Shown here: positions 28,803-38,610 of the stretch, piece by piece
Layout of the letters: each line of letters opens with the position of its first letter
Position numbering within the stretch: the first letter of the stretch is position 1
Virus record (IMG/VR): IMGVR_UViG_3300044630_007310
Span: 1-57,638 of that record
Origin: a virus
Taxonomy: Duplodnaviria; Caudoviricetes
Strand: one strand, 5' to 3'
Length of the DNA stretch: 57,638 nucleotides
Position numbers and translations under genes: made by a program
Notes under the pieces: generated by a model
The model's database searches: none
Told to the model about the DNA's origin: nothing
Seen by the model: the letters and a program-made list of their open reading frames with translations, nothing else

Positions 28803-30458
28803 ATGGCACGTACAAAAATTTTTAGACGCTCAAACGACAATCGTTTGACAAACACGTGGAAGCCTATTTTAGAAGGGTATGGTGCAAATGTTGACAAGAC
28901 ACCTTGGTTAGCTGAATATGCTCACAATCACGCTATTTTCGATAATAGCAATCCGATTTTCGAGCAAGCAGGTCCAGGTCAATTCTTACAAACACCAGGA
29001 GCTCTTCCAGGAATGGGTAACCCAGTAGCCCCTTTAGCCGGGCAAACACCTTTTTCAAGTGGAATCAAAGGATCTTATTCTGATTCAGGATCAGGGGATA
29101 AATTCCCTTCATTGCTTCCTGTAGCGATCCAAGTTGCAGCTAAAACTATCGGTTTCGACCTAGTTCCAGTTGTTCCTATGGATTCTCCAGTAGGATTCCT
29201 TCCTTACTTAGATTATCTTTACACAGGCGGTCGCTTAGATTCAGAATTTGAACCTTATATGGTTAAAATTCAAGGAATTACTGAGACTGACTTAGTTGGT
29301 GGTACTTTCCCTGGTACCAATGCAGTTGCTTTTACAGTTGCTCCAGCTAGAACTTATACCTTTGTAGGATTCTCAAGAGTAGATGGTCACTTGATTTTAA
29401 AAGTTGAAGATGATGCATCTAACACTGTTGCAGCTGACTTGAACGGAAAAATAATTTCTGCTGTTGGTGGTACTGCTTGTTCTGGTGGTGCACCTGCTAG
29501 AACTATCGCTTCTGCTGATGTTCAATTAGTATCTGCTTTGGAAAACCATATTTCTGGTTTCTCTGGAACTAGCGATGCTGCTTACGCAGGTACTGCGTTC
29601 AGCGGTCCTTACCTTCCTGGAACAGGAAACGTAAATGGATCAATGGATAGAAATGCTGGTGAAAATTCTAGATTCCGTCAAATGGGTCTTAGAATGTTTA
29701 CTAAATTCATCGAGGCTGAGACAGATCAGGTTGCTATCTCTGCAACAGTTGAGCAAATCCAAGACTTGAACCGAGTTTGGAATTATGACGTAATCTCTAT
29801 GTTAGAGAACGTTGCAGTTAATGATTTAGCTCAAACAATCAATAAGAGATTGATCGACAGAATCTTTACTTTAGCTGATACTCACAATACTACAGTTAAC
29901 TTGGTTGAAGGTTCTGGAATCACAACTCTTGATCTTACTGCTGGTACTGGTGGATTCGAAAACGTTTCTACATTACAGAGAAGATTAGTAACTAAAATTC
30001 TTGAATTATCTAACTTGATTTACCACAGAGGTAGATTTGGTGCAGGTACATTCATGATCACTAACGGACGCGTAGCTTCTGCTCTTGCTGATGTTGCTGG
30101 TTACTCAATCGCACAAGTTCCAACTGATATGGCTGGAGTTGCTGGTAACCTTTACCCTGCTGGTAAAGTTTACGGAGTACAAGTATACGTAGATCCTAAC
30201 TTAAGATTTGGTGATACTAGAATTTGTATCGGTCGTAAAGGTGCTGATGAAGAGCCTGGAGTTAAATTCATGCCTTACATCATGGCAGAAAGTCTTCAGA
30301 CTATTGCTGAAGGTACTTTCTCACCAAAAATCGGTATGAAATCTCGTTACGCTATCACAGAAGCTGGATGGCACCCTGAAACTCAATATGTAAATATGGA
30401 GGTAACAGGTGACTTAGCAGTTCTTACTGGTGGTGTTGCACCTTCAAACACTCCTTAA
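28803..30458 (+). CDS. major capsid protein, T4 gp23-like
   Basis: WKPILE, GFDLVPVVPMDSPVG, EQIQDL, RGRFGAGTFMIT, VYVDP, FMPYI, TFSPKIGMKSRYA; high-expression codon bias; strong terminator follows. Confidence 0.93.
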   Translation: MARTKIFRRSNDNRLTNTWKPILEGYGANVDKTPWLAEYAHNHAIFDNSNPIFEQAGPGQFLQTPGALPGMGNPVAPLAGQTPFSSGIKGSYSDSGSGDKFPSLLPVAIQVAAKTIGFDLVPVVPMDSPVGFLPYLDYLYTGGRLDSEFEPYMVKIQGITETDLVGGTFPGTNAVAFTVAPARTYTFVGFSRVDGHLILKVEDDASNTVAADLNGKIISAVGGTACSGGAPARTIASADVQLVSALENHISGFSGTSDAAYAGTAFSGPYLPGTGNVNGSMDRNAGENSRFRQMGLRMFTKFIEAETDQVAISATVEQIQDLNRVWNYDVISMLENVAVNDLAQTINKRLIDRIFTLADTHNTTVNLVEGSGITTLDLTAGTGGFENVSTLQRRLVTKILELSNLIYHRGRFGAGTFMITNGRVASALADVAGYSIAQVPTDMAGVAGNLYPAGKVYGVQVYVDPNLRFGDTRICIGRKGADEEPGVKFMPYIMAESLQTIAEGTFSPKIGMKSRYAITEAGWHPETQYVNMEVTGDLAVLTGGVAPSNTP

Positions 30459-30478
30459 TTTTTATATTAAGAAAAGAT

Positions 30479-30508
30479 AAAGGGAGATCGAAAGGTCTCC
30501 CTTTTTTT
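30479..30508 (+). terminator. Rho-independent terminator after capsid gene
   Basis: AAAGGGAGATC-GAAA-GGTCTCCCTTT followed by T tract. Confidence 0.9.
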
Positions 30509-30526
30509 ATTAAAGTTTTTTAACAC

Positions 30527-30910
30527 ATGGGATATTATGAAGATGATGAAATATTAAAAAGAGTGTATAAGGACGTTCCAATAAACGAATTTAAAGGATC
30601 TGTCTTATATGTCGGAATGGGTTCTGCCTGGGTGCCTAGAATTCAACCTAAAGCAGTTAAACGAACAGTAATAGTAGAAATAGATCAAGATATAATAGAT
30701 AGGTATTTTCATAAATTAAATCCCGATTGGGAAATAATAAGATTTGATGCTTGGAAGTTTCACACTGAGGATAGATTCGACTTTATATTTATAGATATAT
30801 GGGATTCTATTATATTAGACAAATATATGAAAATTATAGAGAATAAGTACTCTAATTTTCTAAATCCCGAAGGAAAGGTTATATTCTTAGAATCTATAAG
30901 AGTATTCTAA
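30527..30910 (+). CDS. small class I SAM-binding (spermidine-synthase-like) methyltransferase
   Basis: VLYVGMGSAW, IVEIDQDII, DAWKF, FDFIFIDIWD. Confidence 0.7.
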   Translation: MGYYEDDEILKRVYKDVPINEFKGSVLYVGMGSAWVPRIQPKAVKRTVIVEIDQDIIDRYFHKLNPDWEIIRFDAWKFHTEDRFDFIFIDIWDSIILDKYMKIIENKYSNFLNPEGKVIFLESIRVF

Positions 30911-30930
30911 TTATTAGCTTGAATTATTTG

Positions 30931-30957
30931 AAAGGAGATCAAAAGATCTCCTTTTTT
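30931..30957 (+). terminator. Rho-independent terminator
   Basis: AAAGGAGATC-AAAA-GATCTCCTTT followed by T tract. Confidence 0.88.
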
Positions 30958-31002
30958 ATTTAGTGAACATTTTTTAAAATAAATAAATAAAAAGTTTAAA
31001 TT

Positions 31003-33813
31003 ATGTCATTATTTAATTGGGGAAACGAGTCTCCCGAGCAGAGAGCAATAAGAGCAAGACTAGAACAGGAGGCACTATACGAGCAAGCCGTTCGTATGTC
31101 CCAAGCTAGAGCTGGAAATGCACCAGGTGCGGCAGCAGGATCTGGAGGAAATGTAAATTCTACAATTCCACAATCTAGTGCAAGACAGACCGAATTACTA
31201 ATGGTAAGAAGCGTTGATTCTAATAATTGGCAATATTATATACAGGATTATGACATAAATTATTTTATCGGTCCAATTGATTCAACGGTATCTGCTGAAG
31301 ATTATTATTTAGATAATGAATCAATTATTGCGATAAATCAAAAAGGGTATGCATGTATTTTTAAAGGAAGAGAGGACTCAAATAATTACGTATTATGGTT
31401 TATAGATACTAAAACTAGAACAGTTACTACTTATTCTGGCTATACCGGCGATCTTCAATACGATTATTTGGGATATTCATGGCTTCTAGTAACTGATTTA
31501 GACGATAGCAAAATGTGGTATTTTGATGGCGAAACAGTAGGATATGACGAGGAATTCTTATTGAATGTAGTATCTCTCGTACCTCCACTTGGAACAGGTG
31601 ATATTAGTAGTAATGGATTTGGAATTAGAGCAATAACTGAAGTTGAAGAAAGAATATGTATCGTAAATTCAGGAGGACCTGTTGTTTTATTAGAACGAGA
31701 TCTTACACTTGAGGAAAATATATATTATCAGTTTTGTTTAAATGATTTTTCTGAAAAGGCAGTAATTATTAAATTGAATAATAATACTAATTTATACGAA
31801 GAGATCAGCGTATATGACGTAACTGAGGGAACTAAGGATGAATCACTAGAATTAAACAGCGTGGCAGGTTCTCCAGCTATGAATTTTACAGATAGAAATT
31901 TTTCATTTTTCGGACAAAATCAATGGAACTGTGTATTTTACAATAGTGGAGATATTAATGTTAATTATTTAGTAATTTTTTACAATGGATATTCAAATAC
32001 TTTATCATATCAGTTAGTGGATAGAAATGATTATCCAGATGTTTCATCTTATCGTAATAATATATCAAATTCTAGTTACAATGATTATACAAATTCAAAC
32101 TGTTCAGCTGTAGTATTAAAAAGATCTCAAGGATATTCCGAAGGATTAGAAGAAGTTTCTGCATGTAAAATACTCTATGTAATAAATGGACAGGGAATCA
32201 ATACATTTGACTATAAGCTACCTGAAGTAGGTTCTAATCTTAAATTAGGAGCTGATGTATTGGTAGGAAGTAGATTTTTAAGTGTATTTACAGTTGGAGA
32301 AACAGGACTTAGGATAACTAGTTTATTTGATGACTCTACTGTTGAGCACACCAATTGTAATGTGGAATTAAATGAAATTGAAAATCCTAGTCAAGAGATG
32401 GTTGGAGATAGACATTTATACTATTTCACATTAATAAGCGGAGGAAGAGAGGTTAAGGTCTTATCAGAAATAGGAGATAGATTATATGAACTTTTTATTG
32501 AAGAAGAGCCGGAGTATATTGACTTTTATTGGGATTATGACGTATTAACTATACGGACACAAAGTGAAGAATGGTATTTAAATCAGGCAACGGAAGATTT
32601 TACTAGCATCGATAGATTTACCAATAATTACGGATCCCAACAGCACTATGATCCTAGCTATTTTTCTCAATCAGCGGGAGTTATTCTACAGAGAAACAGT
32701 TTAAATATACCTTATACTCATACGCAATTTGCCTCTGCCGGAGAAGTTTCAGAAGCAGAGGATTTTGCAATGGATGGAGTAGTGATTTTAGGGACAGAAA
32801 ACAATTTTGGAGCAGGATCAAGATATTTTACTAATCTATATCCAGGGTTATTCGTTTTGCAGGCAGAAGGAATTGATATTAATACATTTAAAATTGGAGG
32901 AGATCTTGGAGCAGATGGCAATGGAATTGTAGATAATTATACCTTTGCTGCCAATGTAGGAGGTTCAAATTATAAAGTATTTGTAAAGAGAGTATTTGGA
33001 GCAGGAGATCCTTCAATAAATCATATAATTATATTGGATGGAGATGCAAATGGAGCAACACAATCAGTTGACATAAACAGTCGTTTCGATACCCATGTTA
33101 TTTTTAATATACCTAGCTCCGTTAATAAATTACATTATTTATTAATGGCACAAGATGATGGCAATAGAATAGAAAATGTGGATATTGCATCTATTGTAAC
33201 GGAATATTTGGCAATAGTTCACAATAAAGGTATATCTACGGCAATCTTAGACCTTAATGCTAATTATGAAAATATAACTGGAGTTTTACCGGCGCATGAC
33301 GGTCCATCACCTAGAATATACTGGTTTAGTGATGAACCTGCTGATAGTAATAATGGCTCAATTAACGATGGTGGAGATGATATGTATGATACTGGAAATA
33401 TTATAGATACGAACCGATCAATAGATAAGTGGAGAATAATCTCAAGAAACCGTACAATAAGTCCACAATTTGAAGTTGAATATGATGAGTTTGACACTGA
33501 AGTAGGTCCTAATTTTGTTGCAATTGCCAACTGGAGAAGTAATACTGAAACATGGTGGGTTGATATGTTCAATTTAGATGGGACTCTTGAATATTCAATA
33601 GATACTGAGAAAGTTGACTATGAAAATTTTGATGTAGTTGGAGATAGAGCCTCAATTCATGCATATAATAAAGTTTTTGATGGAATAGACTTTTATCGAG
33701 AATTTACAAGTTATATGCTTACCTTAAATGGAGTAAAAAAGAAATCTTTTAGGACATCGGATGATTTATCTGACTTTAGCTATCAATTTAATGATGCTCC
33801 TTATATAGATTAA
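31003..33813 (+). CDS. large acidic, beta-rich putative virion surface/decoration protein
   Basis: 936 aa; helical N-terminus, GAAAGSGG linker, then Asn/Asp/Tyr-rich beta pattern; ATAAATAA upstream at 30979-30990. Confidence 0.55.
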   Translation: MSLFNWGNESPEQRAIRARLEQEALYEQAVRMSQARAGNAPGAAAGSGGNVNSTIPQSSARQTELLMVRSVDSNNWQYYIQDYDINYFIGPIDSTVSAEDYYLDNESIIAINQKGYACIFKGREDSNNYVLWFIDTKTRTVTTYSGYTGDLQYDYLGYSWLLVTDLDDSKMWYFDGETVGYDEEFLLNVVSLVPPLGTGDISSNGFGIRAITEVEERICIVNSGGPVVLLERDLTLEENIYYQFCLNDFSEKAVIIKLNNNTNLYEEISVYDVTEGTKDESLELNSVAGSPAMNFTDRNFSFFGQNQWNCVFYNSGDINVNYLVIFYNGYSNTLSYQLVDRNDYPDVSSYRNNISNSSYNDYTNSNCSAVVLKRSQGYSEGLEEVSACKILYVINGQGINTFDYKLPEVGSNLKLGADVLVGSRFLSVFTVGETGLRITSLFDDSTVEHTNCNVELNEIENPSQEMVGDRHLYYFTLISGGREVKVLSEIGDRLYELFIEEEPEYIDFYWDYDVLTIRTQSEEWYLNQATEDFTSIDRFTNNYGSQQHYDPSYFSQSAGVILQRNSLNIPYTHTQFASAGEVSEAEDFAMDGVVILGTENNFGAGSRYFTNLYPGLFVLQAEGIDINTFKIGGDLGADGNGIVDNYTFAANVGGSNYKVFVKRVFGAGDPSINHIIILDGDANGATQSVDINSRFDTHVIFNIPSSVNKLHYLLMAQDDGNRIENVDIASIVTEYLAIVHNKGISTAILDLNANYENITGVLPAHDGPSPRIYWFSDEPADSNNGSINDGGDDMYDTGNIIDTNRSIDKWRIISRNRTISPQFEVEYDEFDTEVGPNFVAIANWRSNTETWWVDMFNLDGTLEYSIDTEKVDYENFDVVGDRASIHAYNKVFDGIDFYREFTSYMLTLNGVKKKSFRTSDDLSDFSYQFNDAPYID

Positions 33814-33826
33814 AAAAATAATAGTC

Positions 33827-34081
33827 ATGAGATTAAATATACTTTGTGAAGATTCAAAAATAGCAGCAGCTAGAGAAAAAGCAAAAGCTATAACCGGGGA
33901 ATCCGTTCTCAATATCCCAGTTTCAAAGGATGGTAAAGAACCTGCAACACACTGGTTCTGTTCATTAGAAGTGAATGAAGAAGGTCAAAAGAAAATTCTT
34001 GACTTACAGGAGCATAGTGTTATTGAAGAAGGAGGACCTAAAGATTTCCTAAAGAAATGGAGTCTAAAAATCATAAAATAA
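33827..34081 (+). CDS. hypothetical protein
   Basis: 84 aa ORF in operon context. Confidence 0.7.
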   Translation: MRLNILCEDSKIAAAREKAKAITGESVLNIPVSKDGKEPATHWFCSLEVNEEGQKKILDLQEHSVIEEGGPKDFLKKWSLKIIK

Positions 34082-34686
34082 TTAAGAATTTTCTATCTAG
34101 AGAAGATCAGTCTAAAATAATAGATTGGGTGAGCTCTATGAAGCAGGAAATAGTTCCAGATAACCATCATTTAAGATATTTAATCTCTAAGATAAATGGA
34201 GATTCTTATATGTTTGATATTAGTAAAACTCAAGAAACTAAGGAGATTTCTAATTATCAATCGGGTGGACATGTTATGATCGAAGAAGTTCCTCAAATAA
34301 TACATGATATCATAGATAAAATTTGTGAAACTACTGATATTCCAAAAAAGAACTGTTTTCTTCAAGCTGTAGACATGGATCACGGTGGAGTTATAGGTAA
34401 GCACTATGATGCTTCAAAGGACGGATACATTAATCATAAGTGTAATATAAGCGTCCTAGCGGAAGATTATGAATTCTTTATTGAAGATGAAAAATTTATA
34501 ATAGAGGAAGGAGATCTTTATTGTTTTAATGCTTCTCTATATAAGCACTGGACTCAGAAACCTTTTACTGCGCGTAGAATACTGCTAAGTTTTGGTTTTA
34601 TGTTAGAATATGAAGACTTAGGATTAGATTGGGAGAATCCTAGAGTTAGAATGAGTCGCAGAATCTGTAGTAAATTTCAAAAATAA
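34057..34686 (+). CDS. 2OG-Fe(II) oxygenase family protein
   Basis: IIKNFLS start, GGVIGKHYD (HxD), EEGDLYCF, YKHW, RILLSFGF. Confidence 0.8.
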   Translation: MESKNHKIIKNFLSREDQSKIIDWVSSMKQEIVPDNHHLRYLISKINGDSYMFDISKTQETKEISNYQSGGHVMIEEVPQIIHDIIDKICETTDIPKKNCFLQAVDMDHGGVIGKHYDASKDGYINHKCNISVLAEDYEFFIEDEKFIIEEGDLYCFNASLYKHWTQKPFTARRILLSFGFMLEYEDLGLDWENPRVRMSRRICSKFQK

Positions 34687-34712
34687 GAATTTATTTCTCT
34701 ATTTAAACTACA

Positions 34713-34740
34713 AAGGGAGAAGAAATTCTTCTCCTCCCTT
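34713..34740. terminator. hairpin terminator between convergent genes
   Basis: GGAGAAGA-AAT-TCTTCTCC stem-loop within AAGGGAG...CTCCCTT. Confidence 0.6.
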
Positions 34741-34763
34741 CGTCTAGCAAACAGTCACAGAGC

Positions 34764-35198
34764 CTATGCAACCGAGTAAGATTTCGATACTTTATCGAAT
34801 TTTATTTTATTAGATCTCTTCAATTCACTAAGATACTGTCTTACCGTATTTGGTGAATATTTAGTGTCCGGGCCCTTAAGTACCGCTTCGTGAATGTTAG
34901 AAAAAGAACTTATTTCTTCAGATTTTATAACTCTCATTATCTTTTTCTTGGTATCCTTTGCCTGGTATATTGTATTTTTTCCAGACTGGTCTAATTGTTT
35001 TTTATTTAGATCAATTGATATTTTAGGAGTAGGTTCAGGTTCCATATTAGTCAATTGATAATCATATTTCATCAAGACTGATAGGGCATCCTTAATCTCT
35101 CTAATTTTTTCTAGATCTTTAACCAATCGGTTCTCTTGTTGATCTAAAGAATTAATTGACACTGAAATCGTGGTAGTCCTCTTTGATTTGTTTTTCAT
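34764..35198 (-). CDS. hypothetical protein with possible C-terminal winged-helix domain
   Basis: N-terminal coiled coil; SPNTVRQYLSELKRSNKIKF..KSYS resembles a wHTH recognition helix and wing. Confidence 0.55.
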   Translation of the reverse strand: MKNKSKRTTTISVSINSLDQQENRLVKDLEKIREIKDALSVLMKYDYQLTNMEPEPTPKISIDLNKKQLDQSGKNTIYQAKDTKKKIMRVIKSEEISSFSNIHEAVLKGPDTKYSPNTVRQYLSELKRSNKIKFDKVSKSYSVA

Positions 35199-35200
35199 AT

Positions 35201-35398
35201 TTATACTAGATTAAAAAATTTACGTTTTTTAGATTTTTCGCTGGCACGTTCAAATTTATTAGAACACGATGTTAAAATAGATTTTACTAATTTAATAGTA
35301 TCGTCTTCTTCCTGTTTGTTTAAATGATCGATATAGGTCCGGCAGACTATTATCATGCCTTCAACCTCATCGCTTTTTAATTTAACTTTAACTTCCAT
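35201..35398 (-). CDS. hypothetical protein
   Basis: 65 aa ORF; TAGTATAAT just upstream on - strand. Confidence 0.65.
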   Translation of the reverse strand: MEVKVKLKSDEVEGMIIVCRTYIDHLNKQEEDDTIKLVKSILTSCSNKFERASEKSKKRKFFNLV

Positions 35399-35456
35399 GA
35401 TTATATTATACTAAATACTCATATAAAATTAAGGAAGGCTAAATAAATATTATTAT

Positions 35457-36164
35457 ATGAGCAATTATATTAATTCGTATGCAATTTGGGAGAATTTAAA
35501 TTCTCTAGACAGTTTTGAAGAAAAGGATCAAGTGATACTTTTTACTGATGTTGAATCCAGTTCTAAATTATGGAAGCTACATGAGATGGGAATGTTTAAT
35601 GCGTTAAAGGAACATGAAGATAGAATCTCAACGATCATAAAAAAGTACAGAGGAGAAATAATTAAAACTATTGGGGATAGTTATATGTTGGGCTTTGATG
35701 GAAAAGATTCTTTACTGGATTCAATCAAATTTGCGCATGAAATACAATTAGATCTTCGCAAAAAACCAATTAAAATCAAAGGTAAATCACTTAAGATTAG
35801 ATTAGGAATACACAAGGGACCTCTTTATAAAAAGAAGGTAATGATTCAAGGTAAAAAGTTAATTGATTACTTTGGAAATACAGTAAATACTGCTTCTAGG
35901 ATGGAGTCAACAGTTGGGGAATCTGGAGATATTGCATTTAGTTGGACCGGGGATCTAGATTCTGCAGAAGAAGGTAGAATAAAGGATTGGATAGAAAAGA
36001 GCGGATTAAAGGTAGAAATAATCGATTATAAGCATAGATGTTATTCTGGAAAAAGAAAAAGATCAGGTAGATTATTATCTGAGTTACAGGTCCATACATG
36101 TGAACCTATTACTCAATTAAAAGGAGTGGCCCCGGTTACTGCCTTTAAATTAAAGGTAAAATAG
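35457..36164 (+). CDS. class III adenylate/guanylate cyclase
   Basis: ILFTDVESSS, IIKTIGDSYM, IRLGIHKG, DYFGNTVNTASRMES: both metal-binding Asp, the Asn/Arg pair and the adenine-selecting Lys/Asp are present. Confidence 0.92.
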   Translation: MSNYINSYAIWENLNSLDSFEEKDQVILFTDVESSSKLWKLHEMGMFNALKEHEDRISTIIKKYRGEIIKTIGDSYMLGFDGKDSLLDSIKFAHEIQLDLRKKPIKIKGKSLKIRLGIHKGPLYKKKVMIQGKKLIDYFGNTVNTASRMESTVGESGDIAFSWTGDLDSAEEGRIKDWIEKSGLKVEIIDYKHRCYSGKRKRSGRLLSELQVHTCEPITQLKGVAPVTAFKLKVK

Positions 36165-36166
36165 TA

Positions 36167-37510
36167 TTAAGAGATCGCCTTTTTTAGTTCCTTTAAATCT
36201 TCTTTATACATATCAATAGGATCAAGTTTTTTAATTTTTTCTAGTTCTGCTTCCTTCTGAGCCTTATTTGCTAGTAATTCTTCATATTTCTCTTTAGTTA
36301 AGGTATGAATTTGCATTGACAAAAGATATGTGTATGATCCATTAACTTGACTAAATTTTTCTTTATCTAATTTAGCAATAACTTCATCTTTTGGGACATT
36401 GTTAATATTTAATCTTTTTTCAATTATCATTTTAATAAAACGAGCCCGATTGGAAAGAATATCTAACTCTTCTGTCAATTTATTAATCAAATAGTCCTTT
36501 CTTTTTTGATAGAAATTCAATCTAAAGCCAACAAAGTACTTTATAATTTCAGTTGCGCTATTGAATATTTTTAATTTTCCAAATTCATCTAAGACAGTAA
36601 AGTTTTCGCTCTGCTTTTCTTCCATTTTTAGAAAATTATCTAACTTATTTCTTCTTTGAAGATCAGAAAGAGTAGATCTATTTAATTTTAGAAGATAATT
36701 GATGTTGGATTTACAATTATTGTCATATGATACAATGTTTCGATCATCTTCTAATTTATTTAGATGTGCGTCATACTTTTCATAGGTAACTGAAGGCGGC
36801 AGCTCTTTTATTTGAACAGTTGAAGTATTTTTAATCTCATAAATTCCTCTAAATATCCAAGAGTTCTGAGAATCTGGCGAAGCTTCACATGTTCCATTGA
36901 AACCATTAATCCATGGAACAGGATCACTGTATTTTTTACCAGCTAATTCATTTACGCAGCACTCTATGAGATCTAAAGGATTTCTATTTAAGATGTTGGT
37001 AGCAAACCCAACGGCAATCCCTGATGAACCATTGAGTAATACTGTAGGCAATATTGGAAGAAAGTATTCAGGTTCAATCTGGGACCCCTCTTCCAATCTA
37101 GGGCTTAATAATTCAAAGTCCTTATATAGTAATCTAAAATTTTGATGTAATTTAGTAGAAACATATCTAGGCGCCCCGGCTTCTGGAGATCTAAGGGAAC
37201 CAAACTGGCCTATTTCTTCTAGAAGTGGCATAGAATTTTTAAACTTCTGTGCCATACCAATTATAGCACTATTTAAAGATCCATCTCCATGATGGTAATG
37301 GGCATCTGCTGCAATTCTACCAGTTAACTGAAATACTTTATATGGTTTTTCACTTCCGTTCTTCCAAATCTTATCAGCTACGTATATTACCTTTCTTTGA
37401 GTTGGTTTTAATCCATCGATCACAGATGGTATAGCTCGGTTCTCAATAACGTATTTTGCGTATTCTTTATAGTCTTGATCTAAATATTCTGTTATTGTAG
37501 ATATTTTCAT
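36167..37510 (-). CDS. type II DNA topoisomerase breakage-reunion subunit (gp52-like)
   Basis: RAIPSVIDGLKPTQRK, YHHGDGSL, GQFGS, APRY (catalytic Tyr), LLNGSSGIAVGFAT. Confidence 0.95.
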   Translation of the reverse strand: MKISTITEYLDQDYKEYAKYVIENRAIPSVIDGLKPTQRKVIYVADKIWKNGSEKPYKVFQLTGRIAADAHYHHGDGSLNSAIIGMAQKFKNSMPLLEEIGQFGSLRSPEAGAPRYVSTKLHQNFRLLYKDFELLSPRLEEGSQIEPEYFLPILPTVLLNGSSGIAVGFATNILNRNPLDLIECCVNELAGKKYSDPVPWINGFNGTCEASPDSQNSWIFRGIYEIKNTSTVQIKELPPSVTYEKYDAHLNKLEDDRNIVSYDNNCKSNINYLLKLNRSTLSDLQRRNKLDNFLKMEEKQSENFTVLDEFGKLKIFNSATEIIKYFVGFRLNFYQKRKDYLINKLTEELDILSNRARFIKMIIEKRLNINNVPKDEVIAKLDKEKFSQVNGSYTYLLSMQIHTLTKEKYEELLANKAQKEAELEKIKKLDPIDMYKEDLKELKKAIS

Positions 37511-37552
37511 TGTTCAAATACTTTTTTAACGGCTTTAATTTAAGAATTAAAG

Positions 37553-37819
37553 TTAATTATTTTTGCCCGATTGACTATTTTCTAAGGATTTTTTTCTCGT
37601 AGCAAGTGGCAAAGCTGCAACCATTATTATAACAGGAGGATTTTCCTGAACTTCAGAAGAATATGTATTCCATGAGTTTTTTATCTTATTTCCAATATCA
37701 TCATTCAATAAAAATAAAGTATCTCTATCTTTAGTGACAACGGAAAATTCACTCAATTGAATATAGTTGGATTGAGAAAAGGATAATAAAGGAAAAAGGA
37801 ATAAAATAAAAGTTTTCAT
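37553..37819 (-). CDS. small exported protein with signal peptide
   Basis: Likely start at ATG 37819: MKTFILFLFPLLSFS|Q. Confidence 0.6.
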   Translation of the reverse strand: MKTFILFLFPLLSFSQSNYIQLSEFSVVTKDRDTLFLLNDDIGNKIKNSWNTYSSEVQENPPVIIMVAALPLATRKKSLENSQSGKNN

Positions 37820-37830
37820 AATTATTTTTA

Positions 37831-37980
37831 TTAATCTTCTATTTTTACAATTTCCCAATGAAAAGGTTCTCTATTTCTAGAATATTGTTCCATTGTCCAC
37901 TTAATATTTTCAGAAGATATTTCAATTTCCTCAGACTTATTAGATACTATCCACAATATTTTTATTAAATACGTCATCAT
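37831..37980 (-). CDS. small hypothetical protein (49 aa)
   Basis: MMTYLIKILW...KWTMEQYSRNREPFHWEIVKIED*; ATGA overlap with the upstream stop; absent from the ORF track. Confidence 0.7.
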   Translation of the reverse strand: MMTYLIKILWIVSNKSEEIEISSENIKWTMEQYSRNREPFHWEIVKIED

Positions 37981-38267
37981 TGTGGATTTTTAGTTTTAGG
38001 TGAACATCCTAACCAAAATTGAAAACTGAATGCATCTTTAAGTTTACCCTTAATCTTGTGTTTGGTCATAGTTGACTCGAATATTTCTTGTAGAACAGAT
38101 TGTTCGCATTCATGCTCCATGAAAGGTATAACCTTTTGGCCAAATTCATTAGTTTTAGCATTTTTTAATAATTCACTAAAGTCTGCAGGCGGTTCGCTAG
38201 CAGCAAATGATAATTGATAAAGCTCAGTTAGGATCTGATCATGCTTTTCCGCTTTTGTTTTTCTCAT
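37977..38267 (-). CDS. hypothetical protein
   Basis: 96 aa ORF in a coupled run. Confidence 0.7.
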   Translation of the reverse strand: MRKTKAEKHDQILTELYQLSFAASEPPADFSELLKNAKTNEFGQKVIPFMEHECEQSVLQEIFESTMTKHKIKGKLKDAFSFQFWLGCSPKTKNPQ

Positions 38268-38610
38268 AATTTATTATTTTTATTTTTAAACCTTTTTTCT
38301 CAGCAATATTGATCATATGTTCAGTTCCTCTACTAGTACCATCCCAGAAAGCAATAAGTAAATCTGCATAGTCTGCCATTTCAGAATTTCTCTTATAGCC
38401 AGCTGCCTTTCCGTATTTATCCCAATCTGCTGGAAATATTTTACAATTATGTCCATTTTCCAAAGCATATTCTTCTCCTAAAGAATCGGCTCCTTTTGCT
38501 CGACCACTAACAATTTCAATATTATCCAAATTAGATAGAATCTGATCACATGATTCCTTTAATAAGGAATAATCACTGAAATCTCTGCCGCCTGCAATTA
38601 TTACTTTCAT
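38239..38610 (-). CDS. SLOG-family YspA/DUF2493-like protein
   Basis: VIIAGGRDF, VSGRAKGADSLG, PADWDKYGKAAGYKRNSEM, AFWDGTSRGTEHMI. Confidence 0.88.
   Translation of the reverse strand: MKVIIAGGRDFSDYSLLKESCDQILSNLDNIEIVSGRAKGADSLGEEYALENGHNCKIFPADWDKYGKAAGYKRNSEMADYADLLIAFWDGTSRGTEHMINIAEKKGLKIKIINYEKNKSGKA

Noticed and set aside
35457-36164. Cyclase as a Pycsar defence system
   Set aside because: Specificity residues are of the adenylate type and no TM or TIR effector gene is adjacent
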